Assembly (NCBI RefSeq): GCF_036365525.1
Contig: NC_090377.1
Location: 115,260,519-115,324,518, forward strand
DNA: 64,000 nucleotides
Origin: Heterodontus francisci
Lineage: Eukaryota
Direction: 5' to 3'
In this document: in pieces, positions 52,603 to 64,000 of the stretch
Layout: every line of letters starts with the position of its first letter
Numbering within the stretch: position 1 is the first letter of the stretch
The notes under the pieces: generated by a model
The model's database searches: none
What the model was told of the DNA's origin: nothing
What the model saw: the letters and a program-made list of their open reading frames with translations, nothing else
Position numbers and translations under genes: made by a program

Positions 52603-53700
52603 GGGAGCTGGGATAACCCTTCTCCAATAATAGGATTCTCCCCCTCATTGTGAGCTGGGATAAACCCACTCCAAAAATAGGATTCTCCCCCTCATTGTGA
52701 GCTGGGATAACCCTTCTCCAATAATAGGATTCTCCCCCTCATTGTGAGCTGGGATAAACCCACTCCAATAATAGGATCCTCCCCCTCATTGGGAGCTGGG
52801 ATAAACCCACTCCAATAATAGGATTCTCCCCCTCATTGGGAGCTGGGATAAACCCACTCCAATAATAGGATCCTCCCCCTCATTGGGAGCTGGGATAAAC
52901 CCACTCCAATAATAGGATCCTCCCCCTCATTGGGAGCTGGGATAAACCCACTCCAATAATAGGATCCTCCCCCTCATTGGGAGCTGGGATAAACCCACTC
53001 CAATAATAGGATCCTCCCCCTCATTGGGAGCTGGGATAAACCCACTCCAATAATAGGATCCTCCCCTCATTGGGAGCTGGGATAAACCCACTCCAATAAT
53101 AGGATCCTCCCCCTCATTGGGAGCTGGGATAAACCCACTCCAATAATAGGATCCTCCCCCTCATTGGGAGCTGGGATAAACCCACTCCAATAATAGGATC
53201 CTCCCCCTCATTGGGAGCTGGGATAAACCCACTCCAATAATAGGATCCTCCCCCTCATTGGGAGCTGGGATAAACCCACTCCAATAATAGGATCCTCCCC
53301 CTCATTGGGAGCTGGGATAAACCCACTCCAATAATAGGATCCTCCCCCTCATTGGGAGCTGGGATAAACCCACTCCAATAATAGGATCCTCCCCCTCATT
53401 GGGAGCTGGGATAAACCCACTCCAATAATAGGATCCTCCCCTCATTGGGAGCTGGGATAAACCCACTCCAATAATAGGATCCTCCCCCTCATTGGGAGCT
53501 GGGATAAACCCACTCCAATAATAGGATCCTCCCCCTCATTGGGAGCTGGGATAAACCCACTCCAATAATAGGATTCTCCCCCTCATTGGGAGCTGGGATA
53601 AACCCACTCCAATAATAGGATTCTCCCCCTCATTGGGAGCTGGGATAAACCCACTCCAATAATAGGATTCTCCCCCTCATTGGGAGCTGGGATAACCCCA
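52603..53700. repeat. 47-bp minisatellite, ~23 near-identical copies
   Basis: gggagctgggataaacccactccaataataggatcctccccctcatt. Confidence 0.97.
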
Positions 53701-54029
53701 CCCCGAATAAATGCATCTCTGTCACCATCCTTTGACTGTATGAATGGAGACACAGAGGCCCATGATCAGTGTCTGCCAGGGGACAGGGTGTTGGAGAGGG
53801 TACTGCAGAGAGACCCTGTCCCATGTTTGAGTTCTACTGATAGGTACTGGAGCAGGCAGAGGATGGAAGACTGAGAGTGCTGATGGATACTGTGCAGCCA
53901 GAGTGTTACACTGCCCTTTGCTCTTTCACCTGCCACCTGACCAGCTCTGTGTATCCAAAGTTTTCAGTTGATACTTTAGGATTGACAGGGAACCTATCCT
54001 CAGACATAATCGCTTTCTGTTCAATGCAG

Positions 54030-54080
54030 GAATGGCCGAGACCCCTCAGGTTGCTCGAACCCCATAATTCATTATCGGCG
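54030..54080 (+). CDS. caspase-8/10 linker exon 5 (symmetric, possibly skippable)
   Basis: tgcag| EWPRPLRLLEPHNSLSA |gtattg; 51 nt, weak donor. Confidence 0.4.
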
Positions 54081-54720
54081 GTATTGAGACAACTTGCTGG
54101 TGCGTTTAATTACACTACCGGGATTCACTTGGTAGCTTTTATCTTTCCTCTGGTCTTAAGTCTCAAGGGCAATTAGGGATGAGCAACAAATGCTGGCTTT
54201 GCCCGTGATGCTCACATCCCATGAACAAATTAAAAAAAAGACAAGTGACATGCCGTCAAATTACAAAAAAAGATACAATTAACAGATATTGGGTAGAGTG
54301 TGAATCTTGTGTTCCATCCGATCCTGCGTGTTTCCTGTCAGTCAAGTTTAGTTAAAATTGCATCCTGTGTGTGTGTGCCTGAGTGTGACTTTGTGTGTGT
54401 GCCTGAGTGTGACTGTGTGTGTGTGTGTGACTTTGTGACTGTGTGTTTGTGACTGTGTGAGTCTCTAAGTGTGTGTTTATGACTGAGTGTGTGTGCATTT
54501 CCGTGTGAGTGTGTGTGTTGTGTTTGTGAGTGTGTTGGTGGCTTGGCTGTAATGCCCCCAGGTGCGAATAGCTCATTTCTTGCATACAGAGGTTAATGAA
54601 AATCATTTTAACAAGTTGTCCTTCTGCCCCCTACCCTGGTTAGTTGACAGTGACAGACTGGGTCTGCAGACTCCACCTCTAACCTACCCTCTGTTTTATG
54701 TTCATATTTCAGTCTCACAG

Positions 54721-54769
54721 GATCAGCAAGCTCCTGTATCGGATTCACATAGCAACATCACGATTCAAG
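54721..54769 (+). CDS. caspase-8/10 linker exon 6
   Basis: cacag| DQQAPVSDSHSNITIQ G|gtaacc; phase 0 to 1. Confidence 0.6.
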
Positions 54770-55354
54770 GTAACCAAATCCATCTGGAGAGGGGAGAGAG
54801 ATGGACAGTGTTGGAGAGAAGAGAGAGTGAATAGACAGAGAGCTAGGGAGATGCTGAGAGGCAGAAAGCAGATGGTGAAAGCGAGATTGAATGAAAGAGG
54901 AAGGCACTGAGTGACAGAGGAGATGGAGCAAGAGTGAGTGAGTGTGGGAGACTGGGAAAGAGAGAGAAAGGTGAGAAGGCGAGAAAAAGGTAGATGATGT
55001 GTTGGAAAGTAATGAATGTGACTCCCATTTCTAAAAAAAAAAGACAAGCGACATGCCTTCAATTACAGACGAGAGTCTCGCCCTGACTGTATGGAAGGTG
55101 TTTGAGAATATGATGAGGGATCAATGAGGATGTATTGGGAATGGCAGTGTCTGATTGGTGAGAGCCAGCTAGGGTTAGGAGGCGCAGGTCAGGTCTGCCC
55201 AGTGTCCTAGGGTAAGGAGCTCACGTGTCTGATGGCTGAAGGGTGAGGCAGTGGATGGTATCAGTTGCGTTTCAGGAAGGCATTAGATGGAGTGCCACAT
55301 AACAGACTGATTGATAGGGTACATGCCCCTGTGATAGATGGCAAAATATTCATC

Positions 55355-55850
55355 TGATTGAACAGCTTGGGAGGAATGCAGAGGAGATTCACTAGAATGA
55401 TACCCGGTTTCCAAGAGATAGATTATGAGGAGAGATGGCATAAACTAGTCTTGTATTCCCTGGAATATGAATGGTTAAGGGATGATTTTATTGAGGTTTT
55501 CAGGATTTTGATGGGAATTGAAAGTGTAGACAGTGAGAAATATTTTCCACAGGTGGGGCAGTACAGCACAGAGGACATAACCTTAAAATTAGAGCCAGGC
55601 CATTCGGGAGAGAAGTTAGGAAACATTTCTTCACAGTAAGGGTGGCAGAAGTGTGGAACTCTCTCCCATGAAAAGTAGATGCTGGCTCAATTAATAATTT
55701 TAAATCTGACATTGATAGATTTTTGCTAGACCAGAGCATTAAGGGATATGAAGTCAAGGTGGGGGATGGAGTTAAAATACAGATCATGTCATGATCTCAT
55801 TGAATGGCAGAATAGGCTTGAAGGGCTGAATGGCCTTTTGCTGTCCCTGT
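55355..55850 (+). mobile_element. CR1 LINE 3' fragment
   Basis: 'QRRFTRMIPG..YEER..LYSLE'. Confidence 0.8.
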
Positions 55851-56324
55851 GTAAAAAATGTTTTGTGGGGAGGTATCAGGTGGAAACCAATTACCAGTGG
55901 AGACTTCTTGGTCTGGGCGCTGATTGTAATCTCTATAAAGTGACCGAGAGGCTGAAATATTTTCCTCTGATTGTAGGCGACTCCAAACTGGGTGCTGTGC
56001 TGCTCAAATATAATTCAAATTTGTATGGGTCCAGAGAACTTGGATCCAGGAAAGTTCTGCTGGGTGCAGCATTTCAAGGACAAAGAGACAGAATTTAAAA
56101 TTAAAATTGCCTAAAGAAAATTGGGAATTTTTAAAGGCCAGGATTCCGGTATGCTTTATTTAACAGCTTTCTGCCACCTTCAAAGATTTGTGTATGTATA
56201 CCCACAGGTCTTTCTGCTCCTGCACCCTGTTTAAAATTACACCATTTAATTGATATGGCAATGATGTGAATGCAGTCGGAAATGCAGCATTTGCCGATAA
56301 CCTACCCCTTTTGCTTTTTTGCAG

Positions 56325-56389
56325 ATATGAGGGAGCAGGATGGCAATACTTTCCCCAGCCAGAGTATCACCATGAACTCTCAGCTCCAG
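56325..56389 (+). CDS. caspase-8/10 linker exon 7
   Basis: Strong T tract + gcag; DMREQDGNTFPSQSITMNSQLQ |gtggga; phase 1 to 0. Confidence 0.65.
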
Positions 56390-57036
56390 GTGGGAGTAAT
56401 TCACGCACCTGCACCGTTTACTGATTCTCTGCTCTCGTCTAGTCTTTCCTGTTTAGTTTTTTTCATTCAGCTCCTAAAAATTAGAAATACTGATGGAATG
56501 TTAGCTTTTATCAGAAGGGTGCGAGTTACAACAGTGTGGAGGTTATGTTAGTTGTATAGAATTCTAATTAGACCCCATCTGGAGCACTGTGCTCAGTTCA
56601 CTCAGGAAGGATATATTGGCTTTGTAGTGCAGATTCACCAGACTGATACTGGAGCTCGAACGGTTAAATTATGAGGGCAGGTTGCACAGGCTGTCCCCTT
56701 GAATGTAGAAGATTAAGGGTTGATCTCATTGAGGTGTTTAAGCTAATAGAGAGATATTATATTCTCTGGTGGGGGAGTCTAGAATAGGGGGGCATTTTAC
56801 ACAGAGGGTCCTGAAAATCTGGAACTCGCTCTCCTTAAAACCTGTTCATGCTGGGGCTCAATTGAAAATTTCCAAACTGAGAGATTGATTGATTTTTGTT
56901 GGATTAGGGGATTAAGAGATACAGAACCAAGACACACTAGGTGTGTGTGACTGATACTTAACAAACGGAGAATGTTGGGGACTGGATGCAGTGGTAATTT
57001 TCGATATTGTATCTCACACTCTCTTATTTGCAACAG

Positions 57037-57145
57037 AGTCTGGGCAGGTACAAAATGGAGAGTAACCCAAGGGGCTACTGTGTCATAATTAACAACAGTA
57101 ACTTCAAAGAGATGCCAGAACGCAGAGGGACTAACGTGGATGCAG
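57037..57145 (+). CDS. caspase-8/10 exon 8 (large subunit start)
   Basis: SLGRYKMESNPRGYCVIINNSNFKEMPERRGTNVDA. Confidence 0.95.
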
Positions 57146-57251
57146 GTAATTATTGGAATCATTGACTTGTTGTCCCTGAACCTTTGTAGCTCTGGGCCTG
57201 GTGAGTGAGGCTGGAACCGTTTCACTATTGGGCCAACTTCTGTCCCCACAG

Positions 57252-58128
57252 AGCGACTCGAGAGGGTCTTCAGGTGGCTGACGTTCCAGGTGATCCGGTT
57301 CGAGAACCTTACGGCTGAAGAGATGCGAGAGAAAATGAACTGTTACCGGGAGAAGGATCACACGTCCCATGATTGCTTTATCTGCTGCATCCTGACCCAC
57401 GGCGAGAGGGGTGTGATGTGTGGCACAGATGGAGAGCAGATCCCCATTCAAGAAATCACCTCCTTATTCTCGGCCTCACAATGCCACTCCCTCCGGCAAA
57501 AGCCCAAGCTCTTCTTCATCCAGGCTTGTCAGGGCTCCAAAAAACAGGACGGTGTTGGCATCGAGTCCAGCAGGGTTGAGACCGAGTCCAGCAGGGTTGA
57601 GACCGAGTCCAGCAGGGTTGAGACCGAGTCCAGCAGGGTTGGGAGCGAGTCCAGCAGGGTTGGGGCCGAGCCCAGCAGCGTTGGGGCCGAGCCCAGCAGC
57701 GTTGGGGCCGAGCCCAGCAGCGTTGGGACCGAGCCCAGCAGGGTTGAGACCGAGCCCAGCAGAGTTGAGACAGTGCCCAGCAGCGTTGAGACCGAGCCCA
57801 GCAGGGTTGAGACAGTGCCCAGCAGCGTTGAGACCGAGCCCAGCAGCGTTGGGACCGAGCCCAGCAGCGTTGGGACCGAGCCCAGCAGCGTTGGGACCGA
57901 GCCCAGCAGCGTTGGGACCGAGCCCAGCAGCATTGGGACCGAGCCCAGCAGCGTCAGCCCCATGCTGGAGTCGGATGCAGTCAGCAGCACGAGTGCCACC
58001 ATCCCTGATGAGGCAGACTTCCTCCTGGGCATGGCAACAGTGGAGGGATACGTCTCATTCCGACATATTCAACAGGGCACCTGGTATATCCAATCGCTAT
58101 GCGAGAACCTGGAGAAACACTGCCCCAG
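57252..58128 (+). CDS. caspase-8/10 exon 9 (catalytic THG/QACQG, repeat-expanded linker, small subunit start)
   Basis: DCFICCILTHG, KPKLFFIQACQG, IPDEADFLLGMATV, GTWYIQSLC; cacag|..|gtacca. Confidence 0.95.
57563..57961 (+). repeat. In-frame 21-bp coding minisatellite (19 units)
   Basis: Unit gagcccagcagcgttgggacc and variants encoding E(P/S)S(S/R)V(G/E)(T/A). Confidence 0.97.
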
Positions 58129-58149
58129 GTACCAGGCCTGCCCACACTG

Positions 58150-58690
58150 ACGGGGGAAATGGGGCACTGGGAGCACATGTGGTGGGGAGGAGAGAGCGTG
58201 GGCCACACGGGGAAACAGAAAGTGTGGGACACCCGAGGTGAGGCAGACAGTTGGACACGGAGAGAGGGAGACAGAGTGGGACACATGGAGAGAGACACCA
58301 AGAGAGATGGAGTGCATCACACGGGGAGAGAGAGTGAGAGAGAGAGAGAAACTGTGTGTGGGACACACAGGGAGACAGAGAAATGGGAAGAGGGATTGTG
58401 AGACAAATGGGGAGAGAGGGAGTGGGGAGAGAGTGTGGGACACATGGGGAGAGAGAGATATGGGGAGAGGGATTGTGAGACAAATGGGGAGAGAGGGAGT
58501 AGGGAGAGAGAGTGTGGGACACATGGGGAGAGAGGGAGTGGGGAGAGAGAGTGTGGGACACATGGGGAGAGAGAGACATGGGGAGAGGGATTGTGAGACA
58601 AATGGGGAGAGAGGGAGTGGGGAGTGAGAGAATGGGTTATGCACAGTGAGTGTGGGACATACAGGGAGTGAGAGTGTGGGACACAAAGAG
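58150..58690. repeat. Purine-rich degenerate tandem repeat in the last caspase intron
   Basis: Recurrent gtgtgggacacatggggagagaga / gggattgtgagacaaatgggga. Confidence 0.8.
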
Positions 58691-58864
58691 TGGACATGTC
58701 TCGGGGTATCAGGAGTGGTGGTTGGGTGTGTCGTGTATCTCTCCCAGCACAGGCTGCTGGCCTGCTCACTCGGCAGGACTGGCCTGGCCTTGTTGCACTG
58801 GGAGTGACTGCGATGATTGGAGCGCCTGTAACTGTAACTGACGGGACTGTCTGTTCCTTTCCAG

Positions 58865-59024
58865 CGAGGACCTGCTGAGCATTCTGACCATCGTCAACCG
58901 GGATGTCAGTGTGAAAAAAGACAAGAAAGACAAGACTCAAATGCCGCAGCCCCGTTACACCCTCAGGGAGAAACTTTATTTCCCCGTGACTCAAAGCTTC
59001 AGTAATTTCATCAACTGCTCATAG
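58865..59024 (+). CDS. caspase-8/10 last coding exon
   Basis: [43 protein letters not shown]. Confidence 0.94.
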
Positions 59025-59270
59025 CGTCTCCACTGCAGTGCCGGGAGCAGTGAGCTAGGGTCTCCTGTGGATCCTGGGGTCCCTGATGATGTGTGCTGGA
59101 TGGCAGGGGTAGAGATGGTGGATGGAGTCTGTCTGATCTTCTCTGTCTGATGGACTCTTTGTTTCAATGGCATTGCTGCTGCTTAAGCCGAACCCTGGGC
59201 TCTGTGTCTGGGTCTGCTTTGAGCCAAAGTGAAGAGTTTATATATTACACCGTTAGGCAGATTATTTTGC

Positions 59271-59276
59271 AATAAA
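59271..59276 (+). terminator. Caspase poly(A) signal
   Basis: AATAAA 246 nt after the stop with downstream U-rich tract. Confidence 0.7.
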
Positions 59277-60379
59277 CTTGGCAGTGTTTTCTAGCAAATT
59301 TTTTTTACATTTTATAAGAATTAAAAAATTGAAGCAATTGTGAGGGGCTGAGAGTGAGGCTTTAACTTAATGCTGAATGTTCTCTGCACGAGCTCTGACT
59401 TTGTATTTCCCTCTCTGGCTGTAAGATAATCTTGTGCGTTTCTTCCTTGCTGAATCCTCCCTTCCCTCCCCAGCAGTACCTCATCCGAGTGGCCATTCCT
59501 CATCTGCCAACACAGGCAGTTAGTGTGACTGGGTCATTCGACCAGGGCTAGCATTGCAGGCAGGTTAATCCTCTGCTCATTGGCTGCTCCCACCCATTGT
59601 CCAGCAAGGGTGGCTAGATGCAGTGCGGGGCAGGTACCCAGAGTGAGATTCCCTGCCTTAGCCCAGGGGAGCTACTATATTCTGATCACAGACCCACTCT
59701 GAGCTTCTCAGTGAATAATAACGTATTGCACATGTTTCAACTTTGAAGAGTGTCTTACCTTGAAAATATGTATCGAAAGAGCAGATCCACAATTTTAAAT
59801 TAGCAAGTTTATTACCTGACAGAAATTACTGTGACTGTCCCTTCAACACTTGATTACTGGTGCTCTGTTGTGATATGTTCACTCTTCACACCTGCTACTG
59901 TTCACACTCCCTCTATTGTTCACACTCTGCCGCTCACACGCACTCCCTCTGCTGCACGCACTGTCTCATAGATGTCTTTCGTTTCTCTAATTTCTCTCAG
60001 TGTGAGACACTTGGAGGCATAATGTCACCTGCGCTTTAATTATTGTTTGCCTGTGTCAGTGTCTATGTGTATGGTTGTATGCATTTCTGTCTGTGTCTGT
60101 GTGCAAATGCAGATACACAGGTGTGCATGTCTGCGTGTGCTTGCATGTGTTCGTTCATGTCTGTGCACTTGTGTGCATGTAAACGTGAATGTGTATTTAT
60201 GTGTGTGGGTGTATTTCTGTGCCTGCATGTATTTAACCAATAAATTCTCATAGATGTAATCAGTCTTTCCCTGGCTGATGTGCGAAGGCTGAACCCTCAC
60301 CCTCCTGGCTGGAGGATGTCTGCTTATATTGAGAAGTGCCAGCAAAGAGATTGGGCACCTCTGCTATTGTCTTCCATGC

Positions 60380-60572
60380 TCAGTCCCATTGCCCACTGTG
60401 GCTGCTCTCCTTCATTATCTCCTCCACTGGTGTCTCCTGACCCAGAAACTCGATCAGCTCAAAGTAGGAGAAGACCCAGGGCCTGGTGATGCTTTGTGAC
60501 TGCTCCAGACCGATAACCTCCACTAACAGGTTACGATGAAACATTAGGTCACGTTCCATCAGCCCCTTTTGC
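60380..60572 (-). CDS. KIAA2012: KIAA2012-like last coding exon
   Basis: ttccag| (R)QKGLMERDLMFHRNLLVEVIGLEQSQSITRPWVFSYFELIEF..WD*; resembles the KIAA2012 C-terminal 'ISRPWVYSYF' motif; not in the supplied ORF track. Confidence 0.85.
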
Positions 60573-60619
60573 CTGGAAGAAAACAGTAGACAGTCAGTAA
60601 CAGGGAGTGAGATTCAGGA

Positions 60620-60990
60620 GGGGTGGGGGGTGTGCATCACGGGGGGAGAGAGGGTGGGGATCGGGGTGGGGGGGAGAGAGCGAGGGGATGGGGGGAGAGA
60701 GAGTGGGGAACGGCGAAAGTGGGGATCACGGGGGAGAGAGGGTGGGGATGGGGCGGAGAGTGCATGGGGAGCAGGGGGGGGAGAGAGAGTGGGGAGCAGG
60801 GGGGGGAGAGAGAGTGGGGAGCAGGGGGGGGAGAGAGAGTGGGGAGCGGCGGGGAGAGAGAATGGGGAGCGGGGGTTAGAGAGAGTGGGGAGCGGGGGGG
60901 AACGAGGGTGGGGATGGGCGGGGGTGGGGATCGGGGGGAGAGACAGAGAGAGTGGGGATCAGGGATAGAGTGAGTGGGGATCGCATGGGA
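60620..60990. repeat. GA-rich low-complexity repeat
   Basis: ggggagcagggggggagagagagt units. Confidence 0.8.
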
Positions 60991-61179
60991 GAGTGGGGTT
61001 TAGATGGGGGTGAGAGGAGAGAGTTGGTTTGGTGGTACGAGTGGAAAGGTTGCAGTTAGATCATACATGAGAAGTTTCGGGTGCTCTGAGCCCTAGTGTA
61101 ACAGCCACTCAGATATAGGGAGGGTGAGACGGCCAGGCCCCACCTGGAGAAAGAGAGGCTCATGGCAGCTAAAAGGTTC

Positions 61180-63085
61180 TGGTCCAGTCTGGGAGTACAG
61201 TGCTCTGTGTGCCTGGGTTCAGTCCGGGAGTACAGTGCACTGTCTGTCTGAGTCCTGTCCGGGAGAACAGTACAGTATGTGTCTGGGTCCAGTCTGGGAG
61301 TGCAGTGCAGTGTGTCTGGGTCCAGTCTGGGAGTGCAATGCTGTGTGTCTGGGTCCAGTCTGGGAGTGCAGTGCTGTGTGTCTGGGTCCAGTCTGGGAGT
61401 ACAGTGCTCTGTGTGCCTGGGTCCAGTCTGGGAGTGCAGTGCTGTGTGTCTGGGTCCAGTCTGGGAGTGCAGTGCTGTGTGTCTGGGTCCAGTCTGGGAG
61501 TGCAGTGCTGTGTGTCTGGGTCCAGTCTGGGAGTACAGTGCTCTGTGTGCCTGCGTCCAGTCTGGGAGTGCAGTGCTGTGTGTCTGGGTCCAGTCTGGGA
61601 GTACAGTGCTCTGTGTGCCTGGGTCCAGTCTGGGAGTGCAGTGCCGTGTGTCTGGGTCCAGTCTGGGAGTACAGTGCTCTGTGTGCCTGGGTCCAGTCTG
61701 GGAGTGCAGTGCCGTGTGTCTGGGTCCAGTCTGGGAGTACAGTGCTCTGTGTGCCTGGGTCCAGTCTGGGAGTACAGTGCTCTGTGTGTCTGGGTCCAGT
61801 CTGGGAGTACTGAGCTGTGTGTGCCTGGGTCCAGTCTGGGAGTACAGTGCTCTGTGTCTGGGTCCAGTCTGGGAGTACAGTGCTCTGTGTGCCTGGGTCC
61901 AGTCTGGGAGTGCAGTGCTGTGTGTCTGGGTCCAGTCTGGGAGTACAGTGCTCTGTGTGCCTAGGCCCAGTCTGGGAGTACAGTGCTCTGTGTGTCTGGG
62001 TCCAGTCTGGGAGTACAGTGCTCTGTGTGTCTGGGTCCAGTCTGGGAGTGCAGTGCTGTGTGTCTGGGTCCAGTCTGGGAGTACAGTGCTCTGTGTGTCT
62101 GGGTCCAGTCTGGGAGTACAGTGCTCTGTGTGTCTGGGTCCAGTCTGGGAGTGCAGTGCTGTGTGTCTGGGTCCAGTCTGGGAGTACAGTGCTCTGTGTG
62201 CCTGGGTCCAGTCTGGGAGTACAGTGCTCTGTGTGTCTGGGTCCAGTCTGGGAGTGCAGTGCTGTGTGCCTGGGTCCAGTCTGGGAGTGCAGTGCTCTGT
62301 GTGCCTGGGTCCAGTCTGGGAGTGCAGTGCTGTGTGTCTGGGTCCAGTCTGGGAGTACAGTGCTCTGTGTGCCTGGGTCCAGTCTGGGAGTACAGTGCTC
62401 TGTGTGTCTGGGTCCAGTCTGGGAGTACAGTGCTCTGTGTGCCTGGGTCCAGTCTGGGAGTGCAGTGCTGTGTGTCTGGGTCCAGTCTGGGAGTGCAGTG
62501 CCGTGTGTCTGGGTCCAGTCTGGGAGTACAGTGCTCTGTGTGCCTAGGCCCAGTCTGGGAGTACAGTGCTCTGTGTGTCTGGGTCCAGTCTGGGAGTACA
62601 GTGCTCTGTGTGCCTGGGTCCAGTCTGGGAGTGCAGTGATCTGTGTGCCTGGGTCCAGTCTGGGAGTGCAGTGCTGTGTGTCTGGGTCCAGTCTGGGAGT
62701 GCAGTGCTGTGTGTCTGGGTCCAGTCTGGGAGTACAGTGCTCTGTGTGCCTGGGTCCAGTCTGGGAGTGCAGTGCTGTGTGTCTGGGTCCAGTCTGGGAG
62801 TGCAGTGCTGTGTGTCTGGGTCCAGTCTGGGAGTACAGTGCTCTGTGTGCCTAGGCCCAGTCTGGGAGTACAGTGCTCTGTGTGCCTGGGTCCAGTCTGG
62901 GAGTGCAGTGCTGTGTGTCTGGGTCCAGTCTGGGAGTGCAGTGCTGTGTGCCTGGGTCCAGTCTGGGAGTACAGTGCTCTGTGTGCCTGGGTCCAGTCTG
63001 GGAGTACAGAGCTCTGTGTGTCTGGGTCCAGTCTGGGAGTACAGAGCTCTGTGTGTCTGGGTCCAGTCTGGGAGTACAGTGCTGT
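61180..63085. repeat. 33/35-bp minisatellite, ~55 copies, in the last KIAA2012 intron
   Basis: gggtccagtctgggagtgcagtgctgtgtgtct (33) alternating with gggtccagtctgggagtacagtgctctgtgtgcct (35). Confidence 0.97.
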
Positions 63086-63110
63086 TTGGCTGGGACACTG
63101 TGACACTCAC

Positions 63111-63330
63111 CGCAGTAAGAACACTGCTTCCTGCATTGCCTCCTCCATCAGACACTTGCTCCTCTCTCCTTCCTTCCTCCGTCGTTCTTCTTGATACTCC
63201 TTCTCTTGCTGTTCTTTGATCTGCTTCAGTCTCAGGTACTCTAGTCTCTGTGGTTCATCCATTCCCTTCAGGAGCTGTTCCTCCTCCTCCAGCTGCTTCT
63301 GCCATTCCCTCTGCAGTCTCTCTGTCTCCT
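63111..63330 (-). CDS. KIAA2012: KIAA2012-like penultimate exon (charged coiled coil)
   Basis: ETERLQREWQKQLEEEEQLLKGMDEPQRLEYLRLKQ..LMEEAMQEAVFLLR; tctcag acceptor, GTGAGT donor; phase 2 joins the 60572 exon. Confidence 0.85.
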
Positions 63331-63554
63331 CTGAGATTGGAGCAAGGGGACAAACACACACTGCTTAGACACTGCACACACCAGCCTCACCCCTTCACCC
63401 CACCATCCCTTCATCTCTTAACTCGTTCCCACAGGTCTTGTCTCTTTCTGTGCTAAACATCTAAACACCTGGTGTCCTCCAGAACCGCCCATGTGATGTA
63501 TGTTTGGTTAGTCTGCTCCCACCTTAGTATGTTTAGTTAGTTTAGCTAAGAGAC

Positions 63555-64000
63555 ATGTACAAAGGGTCCTGGGTGTTCTTGTCAATAAGTCACTGAAAGC
63601 TAACATGCAGGTGCAGCATGCAGTTAGGAAGGCTAATGGTATGTTAGTCTTTATCGCAAGAGGATTTCAGTACAGGAGTAGTGAAGTCTTGCTTCACTTG
63701 TATAGAACTGTGTGCGGTTTTGGTCTCCTTACTTTAGGAAGGATATTATTGCCATAGAGGGAGTGCAACGAAGGTTCACCAGACTTGTTCCCGGGATGGT
63801 GGGACTGTCCTATGAAGAGAGATTGGGGAAACTGGGCCTGTATTCTCTGTAGTTTTGAAGAATGAGAGGTGATCTCATTGAAACCTACAAAATTCTGAAA
63901 GGGATAGACAGGGTAGATGCAGCTAAGATATTTCCCCTGGTTGGGGGAGTTTAAAAGTTCTCCCTGTGTCTGCGTGGGTTTTCTCCGGGTGCTCCGGTTT
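63555..64000 (+). mobile_element. CR1 fragment followed by a partial V-SINE at the window edge
   Basis: 'VQRRFTRLVPG..YEERL' motifs; tccctgtgtctgcgtgggttttctccgggtgctccggttt from ~63955. Confidence 0.75.

Larger units (their letters stand above)
42432..59024 (+). other. CASP10: Initiator caspase gene, caspase-8/caspase-10 subfamily (leaning CASP10), ~652 aa
   Basis: Two DEDs + THG + QACQG; ten exons sum to 1959 nt. Family is certain, orthology is not: position right after CFLAR, the short loop before RRGT and GYVSFRH favour CASP10; PGKARISSYR and IPDEADFLLGMATV favour CASP8. Confidence 0.55.

Noticed and set aside
52603-53700. CRISPR-like regular array
   Set aside because: Head-to-tail identical units with no unique spacers, no cas genes, eukaryotic intron
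57420-58241. Alternative-frame and antisense ORFs over the caspase linker repeat
   Set aside because: The 21-bp unit lacks stops in several frames; only the caspase frame has conserved flanking domains
61124-63219. Long Cys/Val-rich ORFs (up to 422 aa) on both strands
   Set aside because: Translations of a stop-poor 33/35-bp minisatellite inside a KIAA2012 intron
63107-63361. FLACC1/ALS2CR12 as the convergent neighbour expected from human synteny
   Set aside because: The downstream exon has the RPWVFSYF motif, which fits KIAA2012

Overview
Vertebrate (shark/elasmobranch-like, judged from its HE1/V-SINE, Deu-SINE and CR1 content) genomic DNA with four spliced genes: NDUFB3 (+, 2 coding exons), CFLAR/c-FLIP (+, 9 coding exons, ~517 aa), one tandem-DED initiator caspase of the caspase-8/10 subfamily (+, 10 coding exons, ~652 aa, leaning CASP10), and the last two exons of KIAA2012 (-). 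Introns and intergenic DNA are packed with CR1, L2, RTE and L1/Tx1 LINE pieces, SINEs and long minisatellites. Main observations: (1) a 19 x 21-bp in-frame minisatellite expands the caspase inter-subunit linker by ~133 aa, with Glu where the autoprocessing Asp normally sits; (2) a read-through stop plus poly(A) signal predicts a c-FLIP-R/S-like short isoform; (3) a 5'-inverted (twin-primed) L1/Tx1 insertion has a 16-bp TSD; (4) two candidate CFLAR promoters are separated by a 5.4-kb G-rich array. Gene identities rest on my recall of the human proteins, not on database searches.
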